Shown: positions 9,864-19,741, counted from the first letter of the stretch. The stretch is 64,000 nucleotides of DNA from Acidobacteriaceae bacterium (GCA_965276705.1 OZ255621.1:3808110-3872109); one strand, 5' to 3'. The notes: a model not told the origin generated them from the sequence alone. Numbers and translations are program-made.

Positions 9864-10141
9864 CGTGACCCCAACTTCGATTGTGATGAATGGTGTATTC
9901 GCTCTCATCCAGGGGAGCGATGCATCTTCCAGTGGGCCCGGGAACTACTTGGTCTTGGGGGAAGACCGTGATCGCGACATTATCTCGGTGACAGCGGCGA
10001 GCTACTGAAAAGGCTCCAGGTTATTGGAGCGATTCCGGAATGCGACACAGCATACCGCAGCACTGGCTACAGTGCTATAAAAATCTTGGCGCTGATTAGA
10101 GAGTGGAATGAGTCTTGCCGCTGTGAGCGTTGCCGGCCGTA

Positions 10142-10218
10142 TGGTGACCCTGGGAAGATTCGAACTTCCGACCTGCGGTTTAGGAAACCGTCGCTCTATC
10201 CACCTGAGCTACAGGGCC
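10142..10218 (-). tRNA. tRNA-Arg (anticodon CCT)
   Basis: The reverse complement GGCCCTGTAGCTCAGGTGGATAGAGCGACGGTTTCCTAAACCGCAGGTCGGAAGTTCGAATCTTCCCAGGGTCACCA folds as a 77-nt cloverleaf. Acceptor GGCCCTG/CAGGGTC, D arm GCTC/GAGC, anticodon loop TT-CCT-AA, T arm GGAAG-TTCGAAT-CTTCC, discriminator A, encoded CCA. There is one A:C mismatch at the top of the anticodon stem. Confidence 0.93.
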
Positions 10219-10275
10219 ACACGGCTAGTTTACTTCGAGAGTCTACGCCTCGCACGCCGAAGGCCGGTCCGTCGG

Positions 10276-11370
10276 TCATACATTGAACTTGAAGAATAGG
10301 ATGTCGCCGTCCTTTACGACATACTCCTTGCCTTCTGAGCGAAGCAGGCCCTTTTCCTTCACTGCTTGCTCGCTGCCGAGTGCGAACAGGTCGTCGCTTG
10401 CATAGCAGTCGGCCTTGATAAAGCCCTTCTCGAAGTCGGAGTGGATAACACCCGCAGCCCCGGGTGCCTTAGTGCCGCGGCGAATCGTCCAAGCACGCAC
10501 CTCCTGAACCCCGGCGGTGAAATACGTGATGAGATCGAGCAGACGGTATGCCGCGTGAATCAAGCGGTTGAGACCGGGTTCGGCGAGCCCCATACTTGCA
10601 AGAAACTCGTCGCGCTCTGCCGGTTCCAGTTGCGCGATCTCGCTTTCGAGCGCGCCGCAGATGCTTACCATCTGGCTGCCTTCCTCTTTCGCGCGTTGTT
10701 TGACCGCGGCAATATACGCATTGTCTGCGGAGAGGCCTGCCTCGTCCACATTGGCTACATAAAGCTGCGGCTTGGCAGTAATCAAGAACAGATCGCGGGC
10801 AATCGGCTTCTCATCGGCCGTGAGTTCAACGGTGCGTGCGGGCTTGCCGGCGTTGAGCGCGGCGATCAGTTTCTGGAGCACCGCAAGTTCAGCCTTGGCC
10901 TTTACGTCATTCGATTTCGCGGCGCGTTCGGTCCGCGTCACGCGCTTTTCGACCGTGTCGAGATCGGCCAGCAACAATTCCGTATTGATGATCTCTATGT
11001 CATGCAGTGGATTGACGCCGCCGGCAACGTGGATCACCTCTGGATCGTCGAAGCAACGAACCACATGGGCGATGGCATCGGTCGCGCGGATGTGGCCGAG
11101 AAATTGATTGCCGAGTCCCTCGCCCTTGGACGCACCGGCGACCAGGCCTGCGATGTCGATGAACTCCATGGTGGTCGGCACCAGGCTCTTGGGATGGATC
11201 AGGTCTGCAATCTTGTTCAGCCGCTCATCTGGAACCGTAACGACGCCGGTATTTGGATCGATCGTGCAGAAGGGGTAGTTGGCAGCCTGCGCCTTGGCCG
11301 ATGTCAAGGCGTTGAAGATGGTGCTCTTGCCCACGTTGGGCAAGCCGACGATTCCGCAGTTCAGTGGCAC
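10276..11370 (-). CDS. ychF: Redox-regulated ribosome-binding ATPase YchF (Obg-like GTPase family)
   Basis: [24 protein letters not shown]-loop, 364 aa, TGS-like C-terminus ([25 protein letters not shown]). Confidence 0.95.
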   Translation of the reverse strand: MPLNCGIVGLPNVGKSTIFNALTSAKAQAANYPFCTIDPNTGVVTVPDERLNKIADLIHPKSLVPTTMEFIDIAGLVAGASKGEGLGNQFLGHIRATDAIAHVVRCFDDPEVIHVAGGVNPLHDIEIINTELLLADLDTVEKRVTRTERAAKSNDVKAKAELAVLQKLIAALNAGKPARTVELTADEKPIARDLFLITAKPQLYVANVDEAGLSADNAYIAAVKQRAKEEGSQMVSICGALESEIAQLEPAERDEFLASMGLAEPGLNRLIHAAYRLLDLITYFTAGVQEVRAWTIRRGTKAPGAAGVIHSDFEKGFIKADCYASDDLFALGSEQAVKEKGLLRSEGKEYVVKDGDILFFKFNV

Positions 11371-11505
11371 TGTGTCTTTCCTTTTCTTTCATTGAAACAT
11401 GGAGACCGGGCGTGGCGACTCGACACACCATGCCGACTGTGTCAGTCTGAAGATATTGCTCGATGACGCCAGCCTCCCAGTTGGCAGATGATATGAGGGC
11501 ACATT

Positions 11506-11910
11506 TTGAGATCCATCTGCAGTCTGTGGTGTTCTGGATCAATAACAGACAGCGATCAGTGGCATCGGCCTGTGGGATGTCTGCTGGTGTTTCTGACTGG
11601 ATTGCTCGTGCTGGTAATGCCGCTGACGGAGCATTTGTGGGATCTGGGTCATTTTCTGCGTGGCGGGAGCGACGTAGAGTTCTCCCTGCTCGCCGGCTTG
11701 CTGTTCATGGCCCTTACCGTTTTGGCGATGCATCGCAGCATGGCGCAGCCGCTCTTCGCCGGGTATCTTCCCTGGTATAGGCGCATACTCACTACCGCCG
11801 CGATGGCACGATCCGATTCGCCGAAACGATTGCGGGTGCTGACACATACGTTTCTCGACAAAGAGTCCAACATTTCTTCGCATGCGTGCGCGCCACCGCT
11901 GCGGATTTGA
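11506..11910 (+). CDS. Hypothetical small membrane protein (weak call)
   Basis: 134-aa ORF in an otherwise unassigned 670-bp gap. It has two hydrophobic stretches (CLLVFLTGLLVLVMPL, FSLLAGLLFMALTVLAM). No recognisable motif. Confidence 0.3.
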   Translation: MRSICSLWCSGSITDSDQWHRPVGCLLVFLTGLLVLVMPLTEHLWDLGHFLRGGSDVEFSLLAGLLFMALTVLAMHRSMAQPLFAGYLPWYRRILTTAAMARSDSPKRLRVLTHTFLDKESNISSHACAPPLRI

Positions 11911-12044
11911 TCTCATCTCCCGCTCCTCACACTGATCGGGAGACGTTTTACGTTCGTGCCGACGGTTCGAACCCGATTGAAGATGCGAGCTGATTCGCCA
12001 TCCGGCATAGGCAGCCCCAGAGCCGGCACAGAGGGCCATCGTTC

Positions 12045-13061
12045 ATGAAGACATCGGAAGTATTGCAGGCGTGGAAAGGGATTCTGGCCGGTCGTCGGCC
12101 GTCTCTCTCCATCGAAATCACAAAGGAATGTCCGCTTCGCTGCCCGGGCTGCTACGCGTTCGACCAGGCGCACCTTGGCGGCGAGCAAGAACTTCGCCAA
12201 CTCTCCGATTTTCGCGGTGCCGAGCTGGTCAAGCGAGTGCTGGCGCTGGTGGATACGTATCAACCGTTGCACGTATCCCTGGTGGGCGGCGACCCGCTGG
12301 TGCGCTATCGCGAGCTGGAAGAGATACTCCCGGAGCTGGAGGCGCGGGGAATCCACACCCAGGTCGTGACGAGCGCTTTCCGGCGTATCCCCCCGGAATG
12401 GGTTCGGCTTGAACGCCTCAACGTAGTGGTTTCGATCGACGGATTGCAGCCGGAGCACGACGAACGGCGCAAACCGGCCACCTATGAGCGCATTCTCAAG
12501 ACCATTGCGGGGAGCCGTGTCACCATCCATTGCACGATCACCGGCAATATCGCGTCCCGCGAGGGGTATCTGGACGAGTTTCTGCGCTTTTGGACGCCGA
12601 AGCCGGAGATTCGAAAGGTCTGGTTCAGCCTGTTTACGCCCCAGCGTGGCGCCGAAGGACCGGAAATTCTTACCTCCGCGCAACGCGAGCATGTAATGGA
12701 GGAGCTATTACGGCTGCGAGTGCTATATCCTTCGCTGGATATGCCAGAGCAGGTGATTCGCGAGATCGCCACGCCGCCCAAGAGCCCGGCGGACTGCGTC
12801 TTCGCCCAGACTACGCATACCGTCTCCGCAGATTTGAAGACCAAGGTCACGCCCTGTCAGTTCGGTGGCGACCCGGATTGTGCGCAGTGCGGCTGTATCG
12901 CGACGCTCGGCTTGGCCGCCGTTGGGCACTATCGCGTAGCCGGTGCGTTGACCGCCGGGCACCTCTTCAAGGCGTCGGACCGTATCGGCAGGCGATGGAG
13001 ATCGCTGACGCATCGTTCTCTGCCACCGCAACCCGAAGCACAACCATTTACCATCCTATGA
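12045..13061 (+). CDS. Radical SAM protein
   Basis: CxxxCxxC cluster in EITKECPLRCPGCYAF near the N-terminus, a GGDPL motif, and a C-terminal Cys cluster (CQFGGDPDCAQCGC). Confidence 0.85.
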   Translation: MKTSEVLQAWKGILAGRRPSLSIEITKECPLRCPGCYAFDQAHLGGEQELRQLSDFRGAELVKRVLALVDTYQPLHVSLVGGDPLVRYRELEEILPELEARGIHTQVVTSAFRRIPPEWVRLERLNVVVSIDGLQPEHDERRKPATYERILKTIAGSRVTIHCTITGNIASREGYLDEFLRFWTPKPEIRKVWFSLFTPQRGAEGPEILTSAQREHVMEELLRLRVLYPSLDMPEQVIREIATPPKSPADCVFAQTTHTVSADLKTKVTPCQFGGDPDCAQCGCIATLGLAAVGHYRVAGALTAGHLFKASDRIGRRWRSLTHRSLPPQPEAQPFTIL

Positions 13062-13837
13062 GGCCGGAGGGCCGCATGACCGAGATGCCAATGCGCGAAA
13101 TGCCAGATGTAGATTCAGCAATCGCTTGCGAGGCCAGGCCGAACCGGTCTCGCAGCGATGCGCGATTGCGCGAAGAGCTTGCCGGTTTCAGCAGCGATCT
13201 GCATGCTCTCGGTTTTGCGCCCGGGACCTCGGGTAACCTGTCCGTTCGCCTGGATTCCATGCTGGTGCTGGCCACTCCCACGGGATGCTCGAAGCGTGCG
13301 ATTGGACCCGAGGATCTGGTGGTGGTGGATCTGGACGGACACGAGCTCATGGGAACTCGCCGCGTCACCAGCGAGATCGATATGCATTTGGCGATTTACA
13401 AGGCGCGGCCGGATATCGAAGCAGTGGTGCATGCGCATCCGGTCTTCGCGACTGCATTCGCCTCGAGCGGCCTGGCATTGGACCAACCATTGTGCTCAGA
13501 GGTCGTGATGACGCTGGGCTCGATTCCACTGGCTGCGTATGCAACCACGGGAACTCGCGAGGTAAGTCAGGCTCTGGCGCCCTACCTGCAGCACCATGAC
13601 GCTGTGCTGCTAGCAAATCATGGCGTCGTCACCTACGGTACCTCGCTGGCCGATGCTCTGATGAAGATGGAAACGGTGGAGCACTTCGCCCAGATTTGCC
13701 TGGTCGTGCGCCAACTGGGTGGGGGGGCCGCGCTCCATGGAAAGCATCTCACCGATCTGTTACAGGCCCGCGCTGCTTATATGCAACGCTCGGCAAGGCC
13801 CCTCTACCGAGACGGAGCGATCCGGACGGATTCGTAG
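13058..13837 (+). CDS. Class II aldolase/adducin-family protein
   Basis: TSGNLSVR, TPTGCSKRAIGPEDLVVVDLDG, EIDMHLAIY and VVHAHPVFATAF (metal-binding His pair). The long ORF from 12530 overlaps the radical SAM gene out of frame. The ATG at 13058 overlaps the radical SAM stop (ATGA); the ATG at 13076 is an alternative. Confidence 0.8.
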   Translation: MRPEGRMTEMPMREMPDVDSAIACEARPNRSRSDARLREELAGFSSDLHALGFAPGTSGNLSVRLDSMLVLATPTGCSKRAIGPEDLVVVDLDGHELMGTRRVTSEIDMHLAIYKARPDIEAVVHAHPVFATAFASSGLALDQPLCSEVVMTLGSIPLAAYATTGTREVSQALAPYLQHHDAVLLANHGVVTYGTSLADALMKMETVEHFAQICLVVRQLGGGAALHGKHLTDLLQARAAYMQRSARPLYRDGAIRTDS

Positions 13838-13867
13838 GGAATGATGCCCTGCGCTCTGTCGGGAATA

Positions 13868-15070
13868 TCAGATCTTGATGAAGATCTTTTTGCGGTAGAG
13901 CGGTAGCACCAGCAGCCAGCACACCAGTACATAGAGCAGAGAATACGCCAGCGAAGCAAAGGCCGGTGACGGGATGACTGCCGCCAGGTGCCGGTAGACC
14001 CAGAGCAACACATTCACATGTGGGGCCACCATCACATAGCTGAGAGCGGGTCCCAGTATCTCCGACAGGACATAGGCCGTAATCGCGTTGGTTCCGAATA
14101 CCAGGAGCGCACCCGTGCCGCGGCGGTACCCGCGTGCCTGCACGAGATACCAGAAGGCGGCCAGCAGCAGCAGCGACCAGCCGCCGGCGAAGAGTACATA
14201 GCTGGAAGTCCAGAGCTTCTTATTGATCGGGAACAATGGGTTCCAGAGCAGCCCAAGCACAAGACTGCTGAGTCCTGCCAGAGCAAGTACGAGAGCCTTA
14301 CCCTTGTCCGTCCGTGATGAGGAGCGCAGAAAGAGTCCGACCAGCACACCGATGAGTGTAGTGCCGAGTGCCGGAATGGTGGAGAGCAGGCCCTCCGGAT
14401 CGCGCGTTCCTTCATACAGGTGCCGGGCCGAGAAGATGTGTCGATCAAGCCACGCGACCAGGTTTGCATCGTGATCCAGCAACGGAATGTCGCGCCCCGG
14501 CACGCCGAAACCAGGGACCGGCACAAAGCGCATGATGAGGTAGTAGCCGAGAAGGCAGACAACAAGCAGACCGACCTTGTCGGCCACCATGGGCTGCCCC
14601 GCCGCAGATCCTTCCGGTCGCCGCATCACGAGGTAGAGTGAGCCGACGATGAGATAACAGAGCGCAATGCGGGGCAGCACGCCGTAGTAGCGCATCGTGG
14701 CCAGGTGGAAGAACGGAAAGCCGTTCACCAATAGTCCCAGCAGAAAGATGATGACGGCGCGCCGTACCGTATGCGCAAAGAGCGAAGCGCGTGTGACGCC
14801 GCGGCCAAGGCGCGACTCCGTTGAGAAGACGATCGATGCGCCAACTAGGAAGAGAAATGTCGGAAAGACGAGATCGGTGGGCGTAAAACCGTTCCATGCC
14901 GCGTGTTTCAAGGCCCAGAAGGCGACACGCTCATCGCCGTTGTTGTTCACCAGGATCATGAACGCGATGGTGAGGCCGCGCAACACATCGACGGCCAGGT
15001 AGCGTTTGACGGGCGCAACCGTCGTGACCAGCGGATCGGGCGCGGAGGCAGGATGCGTGACGGAGCTCAT
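13868..15070 (-). CDS. Heparan-alpha-glucosaminide N-acetyltransferase-like membrane acyltransferase (DUF1624/DUF5009 type)
   Basis: RYLAVDVLRGLTIAFMILVNNNGD and WNGFTPTDLVFPTFLFLVGASI. About 10 hydrophobic segments over 400 aa. Confidence 0.75.
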   Translation of the reverse strand: MSSVTHPASAPDPLVTTVAPVKRYLAVDVLRGLTIAFMILVNNNGDERVAFWALKHAAWNGFTPTDLVFPTFLFLVGASIVFSTESRLGRGVTRASLFAHTVRRAVIIFLLGLLVNGFPFFHLATMRYYGVLPRIALCYLIVGSLYLVMRRPEGSAAGQPMVADKVGLLVVCLLGYYLIMRFVPVPGFGVPGRDIPLLDHDANLVAWLDRHIFSARHLYEGTRDPEGLLSTIPALGTTLIGVLVGLFLRSSSRTDKGKALVLALAGLSSLVLGLLWNPLFPINKKLWTSSYVLFAGGWSLLLLAAFWYLVQARGYRRGTGALLVFGTNAITAYVLSEILGPALSYVMVAPHVNVLLWVYRHLAAVIPSPAFASLAYSLLYVLVCWLLVLPLYRKKIFIKI

Positions 15071-15359
15071 GGCCTGATGATCGCTAGCTTACGAGGTTTG
15101 CCGGGAGTTGGAAAGCACTTACTGAAAGGTTTGAATACTGGCATCGAAAGGTGCGTGCTGCGCGTGATCCTGTATATGACAGACATCTGCGAATGACTGT
15201 GAGCAGGAACAGGACGTCGAGCGTCTTCAGCATGATGCAGTCGGCCTCTTCGAACTATCATCACTATACCGTGAGGGGTTTCGTGTCGAGGCGATGGACG
15301 CAGTCTCTTCCCGACGGTGCGAGGCTCCGAGGCAATGAATGCCAAGAAATAGGTGACAA

Positions 15360-15722
15360 ATGCAGGCGAAGAACCTCCAGCGCGCGCTTGACAGCGTGAC
15401 GGAATACTGGTCGCCACGCGTTGTGGGACAGGTCAACGATCAGTACATCAAGGTGGCCAAGGTCAAGGGCGAATTCACCTGGCACAAGCATGACCACGAA
15501 GACGAGATGTTCCTGGTCTTGTACGGCACGCTGCTTCTGCAGTTCGAGGACGGCGAATTGACATTGGGACCGGGGGACTTCCATGTCGTACCCAAAGGAA
15601 AACTGCACAATCCTGTCGCGCGAGAGGAGTGCGGTCTCGCACTGATCGAGACCGTGACAACGCGTCACACCGGCGATGTCGAAACGCCGCTTACGAAGTC
15701 GATTGCCGACCAGCTTCAGTGA
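15360..15722 (+). CDS. Cupin domain protein
   Basis: 120 aa. Cupin motifs FTWHKHDHEDEMFLVLYG and GDFHVVPKGKLHNP. Confidence 0.8.
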   Translation: MQAKNLQRALDSVTEYWSPRVVGQVNDQYIKVAKVKGEFTWHKHDHEDEMFLVLYGTLLLQFEDGELTLGPGDFHVVPKGKLHNPVAREECGLALIETVTTRHTGDVETPLTKSIADQLQ

Positions 15723-15745
15723 AATGGGGACGGAGGAGAGCCCTG

Positions 15746-18220
15746 ATGTCTGTCTCTATCCGGCGGAACCTGCGCCGAACTCTTGCTGCATCTTTGTTCA
15801 TCGCTTTTGCTGCTTCGGTTGTCTTTGCGGCCGAGGTGCATGGACGCGTCACCGATCCGCTGGGTGCGCCGGTGGCGGGAGCGGAGCTGGCGCTGATTGA
15901 AGGCGGCAAGATTGTCGCCAACGGCCGCAGTGCAGGCGATGGCAGCTACTCGTTGCGGACCGGCGATACCGGTCATTTCTACGTCATTGTGGAAAGCCAG
16001 ACCTTTCGCCAGATTGCGTCACCCGGCTTTTATGCGGGGGTGCTCGATTCGCATCGCCAGGATGTGGTGCTGGAGGCGTCGCGGGTCAACCAACAGGTGG
16101 TGGTGACGGCGACCGGCACGGCCATCCCGCAGGCCCAGGTCAGCGGCGCCATCACAGCGGTACTGCAGCCGGATTTTCGGAATCGCGACATCCTCACCGA
16201 TGCGCTCCGCCAATCGCCGGGAGTCTTCGTTGTGCAGCAAGGCATGTACGGCGGCTTGAGTTCGCTCTTCGTGCGGGGGGGCAGCTCGTCGGCAAACCGT
16301 GTCGTGCTGGATGGTGTGCCGATTGAGAATATCGGTGGTGTCTTCGACTACAGCACGCTGGCGACGACAGGCATCAAGAACTTCGAGATCTATCGCGGCG
16401 CGAACAGCACGCTGTATGGCTCGGATGCCGCGGCCGGCGTGGTGAGCCTAGAGACGCCGCGCGGCTCTACCGCATTTCCGTCGCTGTTGTATGAGGGCGA
16501 TGCCGGCAACTTTCACACCTATCGCAACGAGGTGCAGGCGGGCGGAACGCTGCGCAAGCTGGATTACTACGGCGGTTTCTCCGCGTTGCGCTCGTCCAAT
16601 GCTCTGCCGCAGGATGAGTACCATCTCAACACTGAGACCGTGAACCTGGGGTATTCCCTCAGCAGTGCGACATCTCTGCGCGTCACGGCGCGCAACACGA
16701 ATGCGGCGGTCGGTCTCCCCGGTGCTTATAACTTCACCGCGTTCACCAATGACGGCAAGCAGAGCGACCAGAATATCTATCTTTCCGGCACGGCTGAAAA
16801 CCAGACGACAGAGTCCTGGCACAACTTGGTGCGCTATGGGCTCACACGCAAACGCGAGCAGACCGCGCAGTGGTACGCGGCCGGTATACCTATCACAACC
16901 GGCACCGGCGCGAATGCCTTCACCAACTATTACGGGTTGCCGGTGACGATCCGCGGCGCTAATGGATATGACGCGACGGGGCAGGCGGTACTGAACTTTG
17001 CCGGCATCTTTCCCAATCGCAGCGACTCTGCCAACGACCGCGATCAGCTCTACTTCCAAAGCGACTTCCGCTTCACACCACATCTGTCGGCATTGCTTGG
17101 CTTCCGCTACATGGACGAGCGGGGCAGCGAGAATGTCCCGACATTCTCTATCGCCGAACAGCTCGAGCGATCCAACTACGACTACATCGGCCAGTTCGCG
17201 GGCGATTTCAGAAACCGGCTCTTTTACACGCTCAGTGGAGATATCGAGAAGAACCAGCTCTACGGCACCGTTGGACAGCCACGCATCGGTCTCGCCTACT
17301 TTCCGGTCCGTCCAGGCTATGGCATCGCCCACGGTACCAAGCTCACCTTTAACTTCTCCAAGGGCATTCAGGAGCCGGATCTCAGCTCGCAGCTCAATTC
17401 GCTGCAGGGCGTACTGACGCAGTACGGCTACAGCGACCTTATCCCGCAGCACAACGTGCCGCCACTCGGGGGAGAAACCAGCCGCAGCTACGATGGCGGC
17501 TTCGAACAGACGTTCTTCAACGAGCGCCTGCTACTCAAGGCTATCTACTTTCACAATCAGTTTGGCAACCAGATCGAGTCTGTCGACGGTGCTGTATTGC
17601 ATCTCCTGGGAGTGGACCAGGCGGTCGCAACCCGGATCTCGAACACGATCGGGAGTGCGGAAGTAAACTCGCTTGCCTTCATCGCGCAGGGTGCAGAGCT
17701 GGAGATGCAGTCGCAGATCACCTCGCACATCTTCGCTCGCGGCGGTTACACATATACGGACGGCCAGGTAGAGCGCTCCTTCTCCTCAGACGCCATCAAG
17801 CCGCAGCAGAACCCCTTCATCCCCGGAGTCCCCATCGGTATTGATTCACCCTTGATCGGTGCGCGTCCCTTTCGCCGTGCGCCGCATGTGGGCTTTGCCG
17901 GGGTGACCTATACCAAGTCGCAATGGTTCCTGCAGGTGCAGGGCAGCTTTGCCGGCCGCAGCGACGACTCCACCTTCCTGTCATCCTTCGACACGCTGGC
18001 CGAGGACAACTCGCTGCTGCTGCCCAATCGCAATCTCGATTCCGCCTATGCCAAGCTCGACATCGGTGGCAGCTACCAGGTGCGGCCTGCGATAGCCGTG
18101 TATGCGCAAATCAACAACCTGGTGAGCGATCAGCACATCGGGCCTATCGGCTATCCAGCGTTGCCATTCAATTTCCGCGCCGGAATGCGCTTCGCCATCG
18201 GGCATGGCAGTACCAAGTAG
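15746..18220 (+). CDS. TonB-dependent receptor with N-terminal carboxypeptidase-regulatory-like domain
   Basis: The ATG at 15746 gives signal peptide MSVSIRRNLRRTLAASLFIAFAASVVFA. A CarboxypepD_reg-like stretch follows (EVHGRVTDPLGAPVAGAELALIE), then plug motifs (VVVTATGTAIPQAQVSG, FVRGGSSSANRVVLDGVPI) and a long beta-barrel region. The ORF-track start at 15629 overlaps the cupin gene. Confidence 0.85.
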   Translation: MSVSIRRNLRRTLAASLFIAFAASVVFAAEVHGRVTDPLGAPVAGAELALIEGGKIVANGRSAGDGSYSLRTGDTGHFYVIVESQTFRQIASPGFYAGVLDSHRQDVVLEASRVNQQVVVTATGTAIPQAQVSGAITAVLQPDFRNRDILTDALRQSPGVFVVQQGMYGGLSSLFVRGGSSSANRVVLDGVPIENIGGVFDYSTLATTGIKNFEIYRGANSTLYGSDAAAGVVSLETPRGSTAFPSLLYEGDAGNFHTYRNEVQAGGTLRKLDYYGGFSALRSSNALPQDEYHLNTETVNLGYSLSSATSLRVTARNTNAAVGLPGAYNFTAFTNDGKQSDQNIYLSGTAENQTTESWHNLVRYGLTRKREQTAQWYAAGIPITTGTGANAFTNYYGLPVTIRGANGYDATGQAVLNFAGIFPNRSDSANDRDQLYFQSDFRFTPHLSALLGFRYMDERGSENVPTFSIAEQLERSNYDYIGQFAGDFRNRLFYTLSGDIEKNQLYGTVGQPRIGLAYFPVRPGYGIAHGTKLTFNFSKGIQEPDLSSQLNSLQGVLTQYGYSDLIPQHNVPPLGGETSRSYDGGFEQTFFNERLLLKAIYFHNQFGNQIESVDGAVLHLLGVDQAVATRISNTIGSAEVNSLAFIAQGAELEMQSQITSHIFARGGYTYTDGQVERSFSSDAIKPQQNPFIPGVPIGIDSPLIGARPFRRAPHVGFAGVTYTKSQWFLQVQGSFAGRSDDSTFLSSFDTLAEDNSLLLPNRNLDSAYAKLDIGGSYQVRPAIAVYAQINNLVSDQHIGPIGYPALPFNFRAGMRFAIGHGSTK

Positions 18221-18253
18221 CCGACACGGTGAGCTGAAGCTAAGCTGTTCACT

Positions 18254-18835
18254 ATGCGAAGCTCGACCCAGATTCGCTCACTCCTTCAGCACGGAGATCG
18301 CCGTACGGTAGGGCACGTCTTCGAGGTGGTTGACAGAGTGCTTCAATGCCCTAAACTCGTGTCCGACCTAGTGCAGTGCGCCTTCGACGCGGATGAAGGC
18401 ATTCGCATGAGAGCGGCAGATGCGCTGGAGAAGGTATCTCGCAAGCGAATTGAGGAACTACAGCCCTACACAGCAGCCCTGCTCGGGTTGTTCGAGGAGA
18501 ACGAGCAGCAGGAAGTGCGCTGGCATTTGGCTGTGATCTTGCCGCGCCTGCGCCTCGATGCGGATGAGCGCTACCGGACCGGTCAAGTTCTCCAACGATG
18601 CATGACTGCGAAGAGTTCCATTGTCAAAACGTTCGCTCTTCAGGGTCTCACTGACCTGACGGCGCAAGAACCATCCCTCATGCCGCTCGTCCTTGATCTG
18701 TTGATGTTTGCAGAGAGGAATGGCACGCCAGCGATGAAAGCGAGAAGCCGCAAACTACTAAGCGTGTTGGAAAGACGCGCAAAGAAAGCTGCAACCACCC
18801 CTGCCTATAACGGGAAGAAGGCTTATGGAAATTAA
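18254..18835 (+). CDS. Hypothetical HEAT/ARM-like helical repeat protein
   Basis: 193 aa, all-helical character (DEGIRMRAADALEKVSRK.., QEVRWHLAVILPRL..), reminiscent of DNA-alkylation-repair-like HEAT proteins. Weak functional assignment. Confidence 0.5.
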   Translation: MRSSTQIRSLLQHGDRRTVGHVFEVVDRVLQCPKLVSDLVQCAFDADEGIRMRAADALEKVSRKRIEELQPYTAALLGLFEENEQQEVRWHLAVILPRLRLDADERYRTGQVLQRCMTAKSSIVKTFALQGLTDLTAQEPSLMPLVLDLLMFAERNGTPAMKARSRKLLSVLERRAKKAATTPAYNGKKAYGN

Positions 18836-18865
18836 CAAAGGTAGCTGCAGCGCGGCAAAGTCGAA

Positions 18866-19741
18866 TTACTCGCTCTGGAGCATGCGGATCGCGTCCTGAT
18901 AGGTGAGGGTCTTGCTGACCGGCTTGTAGGCGGAGCCATCTTCTGTGCTTTGAACGATGAGCTTTTTGACCATGAGGATCTTTCCCCTGAGGTTCAACTT
19001 CAGGTGAGTTGTCTCCCAGTGGTGATTGCCGACATCCTGCTGCACTACCAGGATCGTGCCGCCCTTGAAGAGGCGGCCGACGAAGCCCCAGCCGAAGTCA
19101 ACATCGGCGATCAGGTGAGCATCCAGCTTGGCCATCCGCTTGTCCGTGCAGTCGATCCATAACTCGCCTGCCATGCCCGCATAGACCTGCGCCTCGCGAT
19201 CGGGCGGGATGAACTTGGGATTCGGCTCGAAGGTCAGCCGCCATGCCGGACCGCTGGGCGTGGTGACGATGCCGCGGTAAGTATAGAGAAAAGCGTCAGG
19301 CAGCAGGCGGACCATCTCGTTCTCTCGACCGCTGTCCGCCTGCTCCCGCTTGTGCCGCCGCGTCTGCAACTCCGGGTGCGCCAGCAGGTTGTCGAGCCGC
19401 TCCCGCTCCGCCTGTGCGCGCTCCGGAGTCAAGGGCTTGTCGTCCACGGCAATGAGCCGGGCGATGTCGCCGTCCTTGGTCTCGACGATATCTTTGGTAG
19501 TGACGCCGTTCTCATCCTGCTTGCGCAGCTGGAAGCGAAACGGACCCGTGCTGGCGTTCGACGCATGCAACTCATTCCAGGAGGCGTCGCGGACCAGCGC
19601 GACGGGATCCGCCGGAGGCTCCTGCGCGTGCAACCAGGCAGCAGAAGAGGCGAGGGTCAACAGAGGCAGTATCTGGACGAATAGTCTCCGGACGATGCGG
19701 CGGAGCGCTGTGATCCTCGGCAAATCTCTCTCCTTATGCAT
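18866..19741 (-). CDS. Secreted hypothetical protein
   Basis: 291 aa with signal peptide (RRLFVQILPLLTLASSAAWLHAQ). No catalytic motif recognised. Confidence 0.55.
   Translation of the reverse strand: MHKERDLPRITALRRIVRRLFVQILPLLTLASSAAWLHAQEPPADPVALVRDASWNELHASNASTGPFRFQLRKQDENGVTTKDIVETKDGDIARLIAVDDKPLTPERAQAERERLDNLLAHPELQTRRHKREQADSGRENEMVRLLPDAFLYTYRGIVTTPSGPAWRLTFEPNPKFIPPDREAQVYAGMAGELWIDCTDKRMAKLDAHLIADVDFGWGFVGRLFKGGTILVVQQDVGNHHWETTHLKLNLRGKILMVKKLIVQSTEDGSAYKPVSKTLTYQDAIRMLQSE

Noticed and set aside
10059-10076. An inverted repeat AGCACTG-gcta-CAGTGCT near the tRNA and upstream of the caspase operon.
   Set aside because: It is only 7 bp and could be chance. It is neither positioned nor shaped like a terminator, and there are no supporting promoter elements.
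9909-10275. tRNA-Arg as a possible genomic-island integration site for the adjacent caspase/CHASE2 operon.
   Set aside because: I found no integrase, no recombinase and no obvious duplicated tRNA 3' fragment in the window. The island hypothesis is unsupported here.
10366-11466. A 366-aa ORF on the plus strand.
   Set aside because: It is entirely antisense to ychF, whose product has unmistakable motifs. This is a typical high-GC shadow ORF.
11913-12692. A 259-aa minus-strand ORF.
   Set aside because: It is antisense to the radical SAM gene and shows no recognisable motif.
12530-13057. An N-terminal 176-aa extension of the aldolase ORF.
   Set aside because: It overlaps the radical SAM gene in another frame, is Arg/Ala/Gly-rich and contains no aldolase homology. 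An ATG with stop-start overlap exists at 13058.
16448-17452. A 334-aa ORF on the minus strand.
   Set aside because: It is antisense to the TonB-dependent receptor gene. Its composition is Arg/Ala-rich and it has no motifs.
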